DNA of 62,965 bases, filler included, from Choristocarpus tenellus KU-1152 (taxonomy: Eukaryota; Protista; Phaeophyceae), in NCBI GenBank assembly GCA_964200185.2. It is 12 parts of 12 records of this genome, joined end to end, with 100 filler letters (N's around TTAATTAATTAA, not from the genome) between each part and the next. Parts side by side here need not be neighbours in the genome. Positions count along the whole stretch, not along the records: positions 8,678 to 14,335 come from CAXNAD020010102.1; positions 14,436 to 17,447 come from CAXNAD020022953.1; positions 17,548 to 23,600 come from CAXNAD020009063.1; positions 23,701 to 30,554 come from CAXNAD020007212.1; 8 more parts are not named here. One strand, written 5' to 3'. Each line of letters starts with the position of its first letter. The stretch's first letter is position 1. Made by a program: the position numbers and the translations under genes. The notes under the pieces were generated by a model, which was not told the origin of the DNA, made no database searches, and was given only the letters and a program-made list of their open reading frames with translations. Shown in pieces: positions 13,001 through 24,849 of this stretch.

Positions 13001-14435
13001 CATTTCCTAAGAACGAATGAGTCAAAAGACCACCAAAGATGCATGTATTGTACGCAATGGATCACAGCCCTGACCCTCAAATTAAAAATAAGAAACAAGA
13101 GCTAGTATATCTTTTGTACACATTTAGTTGACCCCCCCCTTGTGATATCCAGTGTACCTCCCCCCACCAATAAGATACGCCTTAATGTGTGTGTGTACTG
13201 TGCTTTGGTTTGGTGTATCAATGCAGTATCTACCCACCCATCCACTCGCAGAGGTGGATGTTCTCTAAAACTATGGAAAATACAGGACTCGAGGCTGATA
13301 TCAATAGCTTTCTCCAACAGTAGAAATCTGTAAGATAAAAGTCTAGATCACTACGTTCCCTACCTAGTCAATACTCAATTGAAGCCCCCAAGGCACGTAA
13401 GGTGCAGAGGGCAACACAACAAACAGTGTTCCCACCCTTTCAGGAGGCGTTTTTCTGGATGTTGGGGTCTCACTATTTTCTGAAGGTGTGTCAATATTGC
13501 CTGCGATGTAGGTGCTACTCCACACAGTAATATGCAACACTTACAGGAATGAAGCCTGTTGGGAAAAAAAGAAGCAGGTCTGATGAGCAAAAATCAATAT
13601 TTGAGCTACAACAGTAATAAGAGGGTTGTGCTTCCTAATCACAGCTTCCTCCAAGCACATCAAAAGAGAGACGCATGATCTGACACCAGCCGGCCAGACC
13701 CTTCTCCCCCCAACCCAAATATATATATATATATATATATTCACTCCTGTAGTGAAAGGCCATGAAAGGTGTAGACTAGACATACGTACAATTTATGAAA
13801 GGTAAAGCGGAATACTCCATAAAAAAAACAAAAAAATTCCATTCGCACACTTCTTAATAATCGCCTTTGCAAAGAAAGAAGAGATTTACCTGCTCCCCCC
13901 TCCCCCTCCACAAAAAAACGCATCTATATCGATATCTATATATACACACATTTGACCCTGGAAGACCTGTCCAATCAACCAGCCTGCACCACCCGAAAAA
14001 TGGTAATAAAAAATAAAATAAAATTTACCGAGAAAGATAGGTGGGAACCATTAACAACACGCCTTCAGTGACAGACACAAGGACCGGCTCATTTCTGTGT
14101 TATGCAGAGCAGAGGCACCCACACCTACAAAAAAGAAAAAAACACTTGATTGCACATCAGAAATCGCACACGACAATCGCAATCCCGCCTCTGTACTACA
14201 ACTCCCTTCACTGTTGCATCTCTCTATCTGACTGCACCAAAGTTGCTCGTCCTGGCAATGGCAACAAGGGACAACACAGACACCCCCCCCCACCCCCCCC
14301 CCCCCCCCGCCGCCCCCCCCCTCCCTCCACCCCACNNNNNNNNNNNNNNNNNNNNNNNNNNNNNNNNNNNNNNNNNNNNTTAATTAATTAANNNNNNNNN
14401 NNNNNNNNNNNNNNNNNNNNNNNNNNNNNNNNNNN

Positions 14436-14603
14436 ACCTCACTATGCCTCACCACACCTCACTATGCCTCACCAAACCTCACTATGCCTCACCAAACCTC
14501 ACTATGCCTCACCAAACCTCACTATGCCTCACCAAACCTCACTATGCCTCACCAAACCTCACTATGCCTCACCAAACCTCACTATGCCTCACCAAACCTC
14601 ACC
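14436..14603. repeat. 20-bp minisatellite (CCTCACTATGCCTCACCAAA)n, about 8 units, truncated by contig start
   Basis: Direct tandem copies read from the sequence. Confidence 0.95.
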
Positions 14604-15405
14604 ACCAGCATTGGGAAGGTTAGGCAAGTTAGATCAGGTAATGTAATGTCAGAGCAAGCAGGCACATGAGCTCTGGGGAAGGTGCAACAGGGCTTGTGTG
14701 GCTGAAACTTGAATGTGAAGGCTGTTGCGCTGGAGGAACACACTTATATATTAAGGGTAGGCGTAAATAAGCAAAGGTCATCCTCAACTACTCTCTTAAC
14801 TGTTCAGCGTCCTCCTTTCGGTGCATAATGTCAGTGCCTTAGAGAGCAACATACATGAAGATGTAATAATGGTGTGCGTGAGAGTATCTTAACCATTAAT
14901 GATTAAAAAAAATGATAAAATGGCCACTAAGTACTTGGTGACCAGTACATAAATCAATTCATAGCCTCATCGAGCCCAACATTAATTACCTTCTTATATT
15001 CACAATTGTAAATGGCTTCTGGCGGTGTGGAAAAGCTCTGCTGTGCCACCTAGACAATGGTCCAGAGTGTCAAAAATACTGATTTAATTCTAGTGCGTAG
15101 CCCCCTGCTTGTTGGTTACTCCTCCTGAAGTAGTGCCACCGAAGTAGTGCGCTTTAATGTACAACTTGGAGAAAAACCATGGCATAATCCCATTTAGAAG
15201 TATGAAGTGTAGTGATAGTTTGAGTAGTGCATGTCTTTAGTCCATTTAATGAACCTGCAGCCTTCCTGTCATACTCCGAAGTATCATCCAACACTGATGG
15301 ATGTGTCGTTTCCCATTTAATGTCTTCGCATCGAATCTTGCTTTGACCCTCTCTTCTCTTTATTGGTAAGCCCGATATCTTCAATTCTGTTTGACCAACT
15401 CTGAA

Positions 15406-15406
<1 letters not shown>

Positions 15407-15439
<33 letters not shown>
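15407..15439. repeat. (CT)n microsatellite
   Basis: Direct reading. Confidence 0.9.
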
Positions 15440-15442
<3 letters not shown>

Positions 15443-15579
15443 CTTTGCCCGTTGATCTTTCCTTGTCCTTTCATCATCTATCACATTTGCAATGTGACCC
15501 TCCTACACGAAATCTGTAGTTCAGGGCATAATCCTCATCTCATCACCTAGAACAATGCATTAATAATCGCAATTTGCAG

Positions 15580-17023
15580 GAGTTCGGAGGAGATAGAATC
15601 AAGGCTTTGGCAAAGGTCATTCCTCGCATGGCATGCCCTGGAGATGCACGTACACTGAAGAACTCTATCTTGAGAGATCTAGACGACAGGCGGAAGCTTC
15701 GGAGGGAGCTGGGACCAGCATACCGCCCACTCATGGGACTGCCCATGGGATCGTATGAGCTAGACCTGTCTAAGCCCATGCACCGACTGGCCATGAAGAA
15801 GGTGGGAGCCGCCCCTGACTATATTAGACGCTCTGTAGCTGTGTGAAATACATGGAGTAGTTGTAGTGACGCTTTTGAGATATTAGTGCAGAATACCATT
15901 TCACGGCTTGCCATTTTTTTCGATTGAAGATAAGTAGTGTGTTGTCTAATGTCATATGGAGCCCAAAGATGTTCTGTTGATAAGAAAAGCAAACCCGGGG
16001 GTTGGCCTTCCACATCACTGCTCACAACATATTCTTTATCTGTTTGGGGAGAAACACGCTTCAGACAACCACCACCATCATCATGCAATCAATAGAAAAA
16101 TCGAACCACTGCCTCACAACCTATTTGCAGCGCAACTCATCGTGCTCGAAATGGGCGCAATCACAGAAGGGAAAAGAGTAGAGTATCCCGATTGCAAAAC
16201 TACTCCCTATCAAAATCCCAAAATACAACACTTCTATTCTGAGAGGAGCACGACTGACGCTAAACACAGGTAGTCGAACACAACAATGTGCAAAAGCTGG
16301 CAAGGCAGAGAGAAGGCCTGGAGTTGTTTGACGTGTCCCAGAAGGGTTCCTGGGAGAATGTACGGAACGAGGCCCTCAACGGCAAAGCGTTCCGCTTTCG
16401 CAGCGACAAGTTCGATTCCCCCCCCACAGTGAGCACAGGGGCTGATGCATCCCATTCATGGCGGGATATCCTTGGTTCTACATGAAATCCCTTGGGTGGT
16501 AAAAAGGGTGGTAAAAACTAACCCTAACCTTAATGAAAAAAGAAATCGAGTAGTCATTGATCTCCATAATGCCCTAGAAAGGACTGCCGCTTCAAGTTGG
16601 TTGAACCTCCTCCTCCTCCTCCTCGCTCCACATTCCTCTGTATGGAGATGTCCTACTAGCCCTTGAAAAATTCAGCATTATGACACCAATATGTTGTGTT
16701 TGCTGAGGTGTACCTGGCAAAAACTCACATACCCTATGTTATACTTCGAAACAATACTGGATGCGATCAGATTGCTAACCCTAACCCTAACCCTAACCCT
16801 AACCCTTGTTGAGCTGATAAATATTCCATGTGTTGCTCCTTTGATACAGGTTGGAACCCTAGAGTTTGATTATGTGAGTACCTCTCGCCATGCCAATAAG
16901 ATGCCACCAATGAGCTCAAAGCGATTCTTACAGATACTCGTGGTTCTTGAACTGATGGAGCCCGAAGTGGCAGCAGCAAATGGGGACAGGATTAACGAAC
17001 TAATTGCTGAGGCCAACGCATTG
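15580..17023 (+). CDS. Three internal exons of a conserved-looking hypothetical protein (15580-15801, 16270-16428, 16850-17023)
   Basis: CAG acceptors and GT donors, all phase 0: EFGGDRIKALAKVIPRM...GSYELDLSKPMHRLAMKK|VVEHNNVQK...SQKGSWENVRNEALNGK...PPT|VGTLEFDYVSTSRH... The YELDL / W.N.RNE / G.LEFDYVS pattern resembles uncharacterised (often LRR-associated) proteins of flagellated protists. Confidence 0.75.
16775..16806. repeat. Intronic (CCCTAA)n telomere-like repeat
   Basis: About 5 units of CTAACC. Shorter tracts occur near 7910, 24247, 30524 and 56864. Confidence 0.85.
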
Positions 17024-18329
17024 GTATGGTGAAAAATATTGGGGTGCCATACGCTGTTGGATGCCAAGAGATCGCCTGGTGCTGCTGCGGTATTCACCAG
17101 ATTAGCTTTTGTGTTTCAGTGGGTGGTGATAGCGGGGCTGAAAGGGATTATATATATATATATATTTCAAGCAGAAAAGCTAAGTCAAATATGTTTGGTG
17201 TGATGGTTTCCCATCCTGTATTATCTTGGTGACATTGTTCCTAGATAGTATCAGCACTCGTCATGCATCTACAGAAAAACAGAGAGCTTGGACCTACCTG
17301 ACCACATACTACAAGCTGTCCTTTTTCTGTTCCCCAGCTGCACATAGCAAACCATTTACAGTGGAGTCATTGTGTATTGACTCGAAGTATCTGGGGGGGG
17401 GGGGGGGGAGGGCGGGTTTTTTGAGATCGGGAGGGGGGGGTGTGGGGNNNNNNNNNNNNNNNNNNNNNNNNNNNNNNNNNNNNNNNNNNNNTTAATTAAT
17501 TAANNNNNNNNNNNNNNNNNNNNNNNNNNNNNNNNNNNNNNNNNNNNGACCGTTTTCGCAAAACAACCATCCTCATAGTCCTGCACCATCCTCAATTTTG
17601 AGAAATCCCTGTTATAAGTCAAGGACGATGAAGACAGTAAAAACAAATAAATAACGTGTAACTCCCACACCAACGTGCGTTCAAACCACACAATTGTTAG
17701 ACTGTACATGACATCGCCAAGCTCGTAATTTCAATCTATTCCACCCACTCACTACATACACACACATATTGCTTCCATATCAAGAGAGGGCCAATTCACC
17801 TGCTATCTGTTACAGTCTGACTCCAGTATACTACCAGAGGATTAAAGCAATCACCACATGGAAGTAGAGGAGGTTTGGTTTTGTGTTTCTTTTATCCCAC
17901 CCTCCAAGCTAGGAATATAGAAATGCAACCTCTCGCACTACTTTTGGTTATTATCAGTATTATCTATTGGACAGGTTGAAGCAGGACTCAAGCAATGTGG
18001 TAAAAACTACACCCCTACATATATATGTATGTATCCGTAGTAATATACATTTTATATATCCCTGACTCTAACCCAACAACTCCCCCCAAAAATAGTGCAA
18101 TGTATGTTACTATAGGGATGTGGTTATCACCACATCGCTTCGGTCCTGTTTGACTTTATCGTTATCTATTTATATTAATACCACCCAAAAAGTGGACAAA
18201 AAATCATTTGTGAAGAGAAGAAATAAAAAGAATAATGGATCCAAGAAAAACAGTCAAAAAGAAAAAAATACATCAAAACAGATATTCAACAGACCGTGGT
18301 GATGGTGGGGGCGGTTTGGATTACCTTAG

Positions 18330-19480
18330 CTGCTGCTTTAGCAATTAGCAATCATGGCCTCCTTGGAAAGTCACTTTGACATGATTTTTTTTGTGCAAGT
18401 AGACGCTCGTATCTCCTCTGTTTGTCAAAGAGTCTAGTGCTCCAGCCCTCAACCATAATCCCAAACTTCTCCAGGTAGTCCATCTTGGAAGCATATCCAC
18501 CATTTTTTTCATGTCCACATCAGAATTGCTCCTGCCTTCCTGCTATAATACCTCCCCAAACATTACCACCTTAGGAAGATGCTCATCCCCCTTACAGGTA
18601 ACCCAGCAAATAGGAGTCTCCACTTGCACACCATTACCTTGATACTCTCATACCCAGTCTTTGCCACCGAGCCAAACCAATTGAGAGGTAGGTAGGTTTG
18701 GACCCTTATGCATTCTAAGCCTTATTTCCTACTCTGCGAAATACAATATATTTCATTGCTTCTGTGTGCACGGCTGTGTACGTAAAATTAGTATTCCCCT
18801 TTTCCACACACAAAATGACACCACAATTCAGCATAGGTTCTTTCTTGAATTGCATGAAATGACATATTTTTGTCCTTTCTCGGTATCCTTAAAATGCAAC
18901 CCTGCCTACCTCTCACTTGGTTGGACTCAGGACATCTTTTTACTATGGAGGACATGATCATGATCGGTATGTTCCCGTTAGTGGAATCTAGTGCAAAGGA
19001 GGAGGAATCAGTGGTGATGTGAACAAATCTTCAGGTAATAATAGACCTGACGAAGTGTCTATGCCATACAACCATAAAATAAACCTCAGGCACTTCAACC
19101 TTGAGCATTCGAATCTTGACCTCAAGTGATACAAGCGAGGTCCAGTCATGTGTAGCACTTGACTGTATCTACGTAATCTACTCAAAAGCTTATTCCGAGC
19201 CCTCCCCCTGATCTCAACAATAGTGATATTGGAGCTTCATCACTGATAGTTCCCCCCAGCGTAAAACTATCAGTCTGCAAGTAGGTCTGGTCCTGTGCCT
19301 GGATCTGCCTGGTATCTGCAGCCTGATGAGGTCAAACGCACACGGTCTCTGCCTTAAGTGCTGACACGGTTAGACTGAAACGATCTGGCCACCTTCACAA
19401 TCGCTATCATCCTGGTAAAATCTCCCTCTTCGGTCTTTGAGACAATGCCCGCATCCTTAGCATAAAACGTCTATCCTAGT
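18330..19480 (-). mobile_element. Degenerate RTE-clade LINE (RT domains 5-7 and C-terminal tail), interrupted by a MITE
   Basis: Pieced translation: FYAKDAGIVSKTEE...SLTVSALKAETVC...QTDSFTLGGTISD...SLEVKIRMLKVEV and KTGYESIKVMVCKWRLLFAG...DEHLPKVVMFGEV...EKFGIMVEGWS. These match RTE consensus YADD..GLTVS..KTE / RRLLFAG..RLPK.VMFGEL. Confidence 0.8.
18669..18928. mobile_element. MITE family C copy (GAGCCAAACC...GGTTGGACTC)
   Basis: Short TIRs. Homologous to 62272-62530 and 38108-~38310. Sits inside the RTE relic. Confidence 0.75.
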
Positions 19481-22400
19481 TGTCAACACCAAGGACACCT
19501 CTGGTCGAGAGTCTTGTTGACAGTTCTCGTCCTGATTCACTACTAATCATGCTGATGATCCATGAACTCTTTGTCCCAGTTCTTGTCAGAACCTCCATGG
19601 AATCGCCATTGATTCTGTCTCTGTCTCATGATCCTCGCAAGTTATGGCCTCTTTGAGACCGCCTTGAGTGATTCTTGTTTCTTTGAGATCACCATAAGTG
19701 ACTCTCATCGGTCAGGCCATCCTGCAAACTGTTTCCACCTCAAGCGTCAGACTTGAGCTGGATCTGTTCTATTTCCCTTTTGGTTGGGTTCATCCATGTA
19801 GCTACAGGGACTGTCTTGAGTTTGCCTTGACCATCCATCTTGACCCATCTCTCTCTTCTTTGCCTTGGTCCTGTTCCTCCTCATCCCACTGCTGTCCCAT
19901 CAAAACAACCTGTTGACAGTCGACCCACCCACTTGCACAAAACCGAACCATTCATAGAAGTAGTAGCATTACAGTAGAACTCTTGGAGGGGTACTAACAG
20001 AGTAAAGGGTGATGATTGGACTAGCACAAGAACCATTTATTTTAAGTAAAGAAAAAGCAAATATTATTAGTAGGAAGTCATGACCCTGTTGCTGTAGTGG
20101 ACATGACCTTACCAATATATTACAAAAAAGCAATACGAACTCACACAAAAGTGGATGCATGGTCATTGTGGGACATCTCTTTCTCGGAGTTCTGAAACAC
20201 GAAAGACGGCCGGCCAGCCCTTGTGTCCACTCTCTACTATTACGGCAGTTTTCTGTACATATTACTACGTAGTAGATGGGCTGTTACTCCGCAAAAAACG
20301 CAAATTGTACGTACCAAAAACATTTTCCCTACAATAAGCCAGTACTATAGGAAACGTGATACATACATGAACAAAACGAACTGAAAATATATAGCGATAT
20401 TTAGTATATAGTACAAGGACTGCATTATCCTCTGGAATGAACTCTAGTTAAACCTTTTCCATATATACATGTATGTGTGTGTATATTGTGCTGGAACCAT
20501 AACACCAGACCGTCAACTCCAGTACCATCGTTGATTTCCCCCGAGTTATATTCATACCATTCACCAAATTAACTGCTTGATTAACTTGGCACTATCCAGA
20601 ACAAGCAATCACCACGGTTGGATCAATAATAGATCTATCTGCTTCAACATCTCAGTTGTCTCCCCACCGGGTACCTCATGTTGCTAACCTTCAGATCACC
20701 GCCAGTCTCCAGAACATCTCAATTTCTTGTGTACAAGTGGGGCTACTCGGCAGGATCATGCACGCAACTGTTAGTGACACCAATAAGTCCCTACAACCAC
20801 ATCTGAGCTGCTTACTCTTTTAACTGCTAGAAATTTACTTACTATGTATAGTGCATGAGACGTATGATCTTACATAGGGACTGTCCAGTGGGTCATGCCA
20901 CAGTAGTAGGGCCAAAAGGTCCCCAAAAACGAAACGCTAGCATGGTTGCGGAGTCCAAAAGGACACCAAAAATGAGAACAACATCACCTTGCACCGCTAC
21001 AAAACACATAAAAAAGAAAACCAACAACGTGAGTCACGACTTACGTTTTTTCCTGTTCTTGATGATTACTTCAGTCAGATTTGGGTCTAAACTCAGGATG
21101 ATTACCAACCTCTTTTCTTTGTGCCTAAGAGCACAGAATATCGCCAGATACAACGAAGACCATCACCAAAACAAAAAGTCAAACATCTCTCCTTCCCAGC
21201 CCTTCTCTCCCCTTTCTCCGCCACAATGATCTCCTCCCCTGTCTTCCACCTCAAACCATGACCGAAAACGGTTTCATGACAATGTCGCAGGCCAACCTAC
21301 CAACCTACCAACAGGAGGAAAGCGACTGTAAAAGGATCACAAAAAATTATTCACGGCCCTTCCAAAGCCAAGTACAACAACCAGCAAGACAACACTGTAG
21401 AAAAAAAAGAACCTGCTCAAGCATATCATGCACCAGGCTGAATCAAGTTCGTGGCTATCTTGTCCTTAAGACGGACGAGCTTAAGGCTAACCACCGAGAG
21501 CATCGCAAAGTACAGTTTGGCATCCATCCTGTCGACTGCAAACGCTTTCATGACAGCAGAGTAGGTATTGATTTTGCTCAATCTTTTTGTGGGCTGCCCC
21601 AAACTCCCCCCTCATTACCCACAACAACACATGCCCCCACCACATACCCTATCTACCGCTCATCTCATACCCCAAACACTTATCTATCCCCGACAAACCC
21701 TACACCAGGATAGCTATACTCGAGACTGAGAAACACCTGGCCCTGCATCCAACCCTGACAAGCAAATATTTCACACTTCCTCTCTCAACAAATATCTCGA
21801 TCTCAGTCGTGCTTCATACAAGAGCCAGAACAGAATGTCAGACTGTGTCGCAATCAAACGTTTCAGTAAGGGAAAATGCGACACATAAGCCTGTTCTTAA
21901 TGTCGTCACCTTTACCCTCAACCTCCCCCATTGTTCTTGACTTCCACCCCAGAGCTTAGGCCTTTCCTTTAACCCACAAACCCCGAGAAATTTAGTTCTT
22001 CCCATAGTCACACTAACATTAGCTAGTGTATACTACTACGTGATATCCTGTATTTATTACTGTATATTTCAGCCCTCAACAGGTTTTGCAGTTTCAGAAT
22101 TGCTGTCCTCCTCTTCACCACTCTTGCCATCCTACACAGGAACGAAGTGGGGAACCAATGTGTTGACTCAGTTTAAATAAATTGTATGTGAGTACGTGTA
22201 TACACAAAGCATGTGTTTTTGAGGGGCAAGGGGATAGAGGTAGCTTCCGTGTACCTACCATTTATTATATCAATACAGCTTACTCGGTGTCACCTTGGAA
22301 GGTCTTTTTGGTTCTACCAAAGTCCACTCATGACAGCACCAAAATAATCACTCCATACACATTGGCATAGAAGAAAAAAATCTTAAGCAAAAAGATAAAA

Positions 22401-23136
22401 AAAACACCATCTCACGGCAAAGTGCAGTACAACCCTGAAGAGATACCACTCAAGAAATACAACACACACTAAAACAAAAAAACACACTACACATTGACAG
22501 CCCAATCTCAGCGAACACAATAGGATCAAAGCACTTTCTTTTTCTTTTACTCCAAATCCGTATCTGAAATACATACACAGCAACTGGAACAATAAAAACG
22601 CCTATTTCAAAAAAAGCGAATGCCACAATAAAAGGATCAACATTCAAACCACCAGCAGAGAGTGAGTGATGATTACATAATTCCAAGTCACAAGGATGAC
22701 TCGACTCCTCCTCATATCTTAGTCCTCTCTTCCTTACCTCCACATTCCCAGCCTTGCGCTGCTCGCGCCGACCCAAGACCCCTTCCCCAGTGGCTGCTAT
22801 CTTGCAACCAGGGAAGGTGACCACCACCATGGACATGTTGTCCCTGCTACTCTTGAATAAGCACTGCAGTATTGTAGAGGGTTAGGCTTAGGCTTCTAGT
22901 TGACAAGGGTCCACCAAAGAGCAATCACAGCAACAGCGAAACAATTAACGCTAACAGGGTGTGGGAAAGCCAAACAGTAAAAACATCCTATAGGCTCATT
23001 GTGGCATACGGGCCATTCCATTGGTGGGAATAAAAAAAAAAATTCGAGCCTTGGCCACAATCTCATTGCCCACCCCAACTTCACATCACTCCGGCATTGG
23101 AGAAATTTCTACCATCATCACTACATGGAGGTCATG

Positions 23137-23139
<3 letters not shown>

Positions 23140-23171
<32 letters not shown>
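23140..23171. repeat. (TA)n microsatellite
   Basis: Direct reading. Confidence 0.9.
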
Positions 23172-23177
<6 letters not shown>

Positions 23178-23534
23178 TAAGGTTAGGGATAGGAGTACGG
23201 CGATGGGAACAGAGGGGCGATGCACTACTGTCAGTACCACAAGAAAAGGTAGCAAAGGCAATCTTTTGCTTGGTGTGGCGAATACACTTGACCTACCAAA
23301 ATTACAGTTCCTTAACATTCCATCATTAAAAAAAAAGCTTCAACCAAATACACATCTGCACAGAGCAGGTCAAGAATATTATCATGCTTCCAAGCATGCA
23401 TGCAGAATGCAACACAAAGCCATCACAGAAGACCTCGATGTACTTCTGCAGCCTCTAGCCTGCATACTACTCAACCCTCCCAGTAAAAAAACTCACTCAA
23501 AAATTGATAGCTTTTGAGCCAGACACACTCTCAG

Positions 23535-23572
<38 letters not shown>

Positions 23573-23739
23573 ACCACCACCACCACAACCCCCCACACCC
23601 NNNNNNNNNNNNNNNNNNNNNNNNNNNNNNNNNNNNNNNNNNNNTTAATTAATTAANNNNNNNNNNNNNNNNNNNNNNNNNNNNNNNNNNNNNNNNNNNN
23701 AAAAAAGTTGGGGGTGTTAAATTGTCTGTAGAAGCAGGA

Positions 23740-23928
23740 GAAGGGGGGGGGGGGGGGGGGGGGGGAGGATCTTCACCAGGGTATCCATTTGGGCCCTGAC
23801 CAGGAAAAGTGCACTTACATTATCCATCCAACACACGCAATCCAAATCACACAAGAATCGCAACATGGAAAAATAGGCCCCAAATGGTCAGTCGCCACAC
23901 ACACACACACACACCAGATACTTTGAAC
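23740..23928. mobile_element. MITE family A copy
   Basis: poly-G...CACCAGGGTATCCATTTGGG...CAAATGG...CCAGATACTTTGAAC. One poly-C tract is replaced by (CA)n. Confidence 0.8.
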
Positions 23929-24849
23929 ATATTTTATCAGATTTGCAATGAAAGCCTTGGGTGTGGGGCAGTGAAATGGTCTTACTAGTACATTTTTTTA
24001 GCTCCTCTCCCCACCCCTCCCCTCTCCTATCACTGAGACAGCAGCAAGGAAATAGGAAGACAGCATGTGATGATGTTATCGTCCTGCAATTATTATTTTC
24101 TTTGTGATGAAATGGTCCACCTCTCCCATCAATGTCATTTGTTTTGTGCCCTTCTGTGGATGCCACCCTAACCCTTCGCTAGTTCTTTCTTTTTTTTTAG
24201 GTCCCATATTGTCCTAGAGGGTTAGGGAGTTAGCCCCAGCTGTCCGTTAGGGGTTAGGGTTAGGGATAGTGTAAGATACTCTTTCATTACCCCCAGTTTG
24301 TTTGAAAACTGTTCTGAGAGTGATTTTTTCCTTTGGATTTGATCCAGGGTTAGGGATGGAAAAGGAAGGCGCATCCAGAAGAAAACGTTGCCGTTACATC
24401 TGACAGGTTCACTCAAATGTCATAATAATAATTACCAAAGGCTCACGTACTCCCCGAATGGACACCTGACCCCCCCCCAACAGGATACAATGGGCTGTTT
24501 ACTATGTGCTTTGGAGTGTTTGAGTTGACCGTCAACACCTCCCTCTGTCTTCCCTTCTTAGAGTCATTTTTTTTTTTTCCTACCAGACGGTTACATGTTT
24601 TTTAGCTTTTCTTCTACTTCGTAGTAAGTACCCTTTTTTTTTTCACTTCGTAATAAGTACCCTTTTTTTTCAACCGTTCAGGAAAATAATGAAAACCGTT
24701 GCTGCTCAGTAGTGTCAATGTGTTGTCAATGTCATACAATTGGGGCCTTTCTTAGCCGCTTTGAAAAGACCCTTACCTCAGATCCGTTACATCTCTCCCT
24801 CTGTCCCACCGGTCCCTGCCCTTGGACTGTGCCGGTTTTCTTCCTCAAC

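Noticed and set aside
14436-14603. Regular repeat as a CRISPR array, or ORFs 14464/14484 as proteins
   Set aside because: Head-to-tail 20-mers with no unique spacers; the ORFs are translations of the minisatellite.
20850-22000. C/A-rich decayed tracts (similar ones at 10800-11900 and 39900-41040) as LINE remnants
   Set aside because: They share short strings (e.g. AAAGGTCCCC.AAAAC) and are probably old retroelements, but no diagnostic motif could be read.
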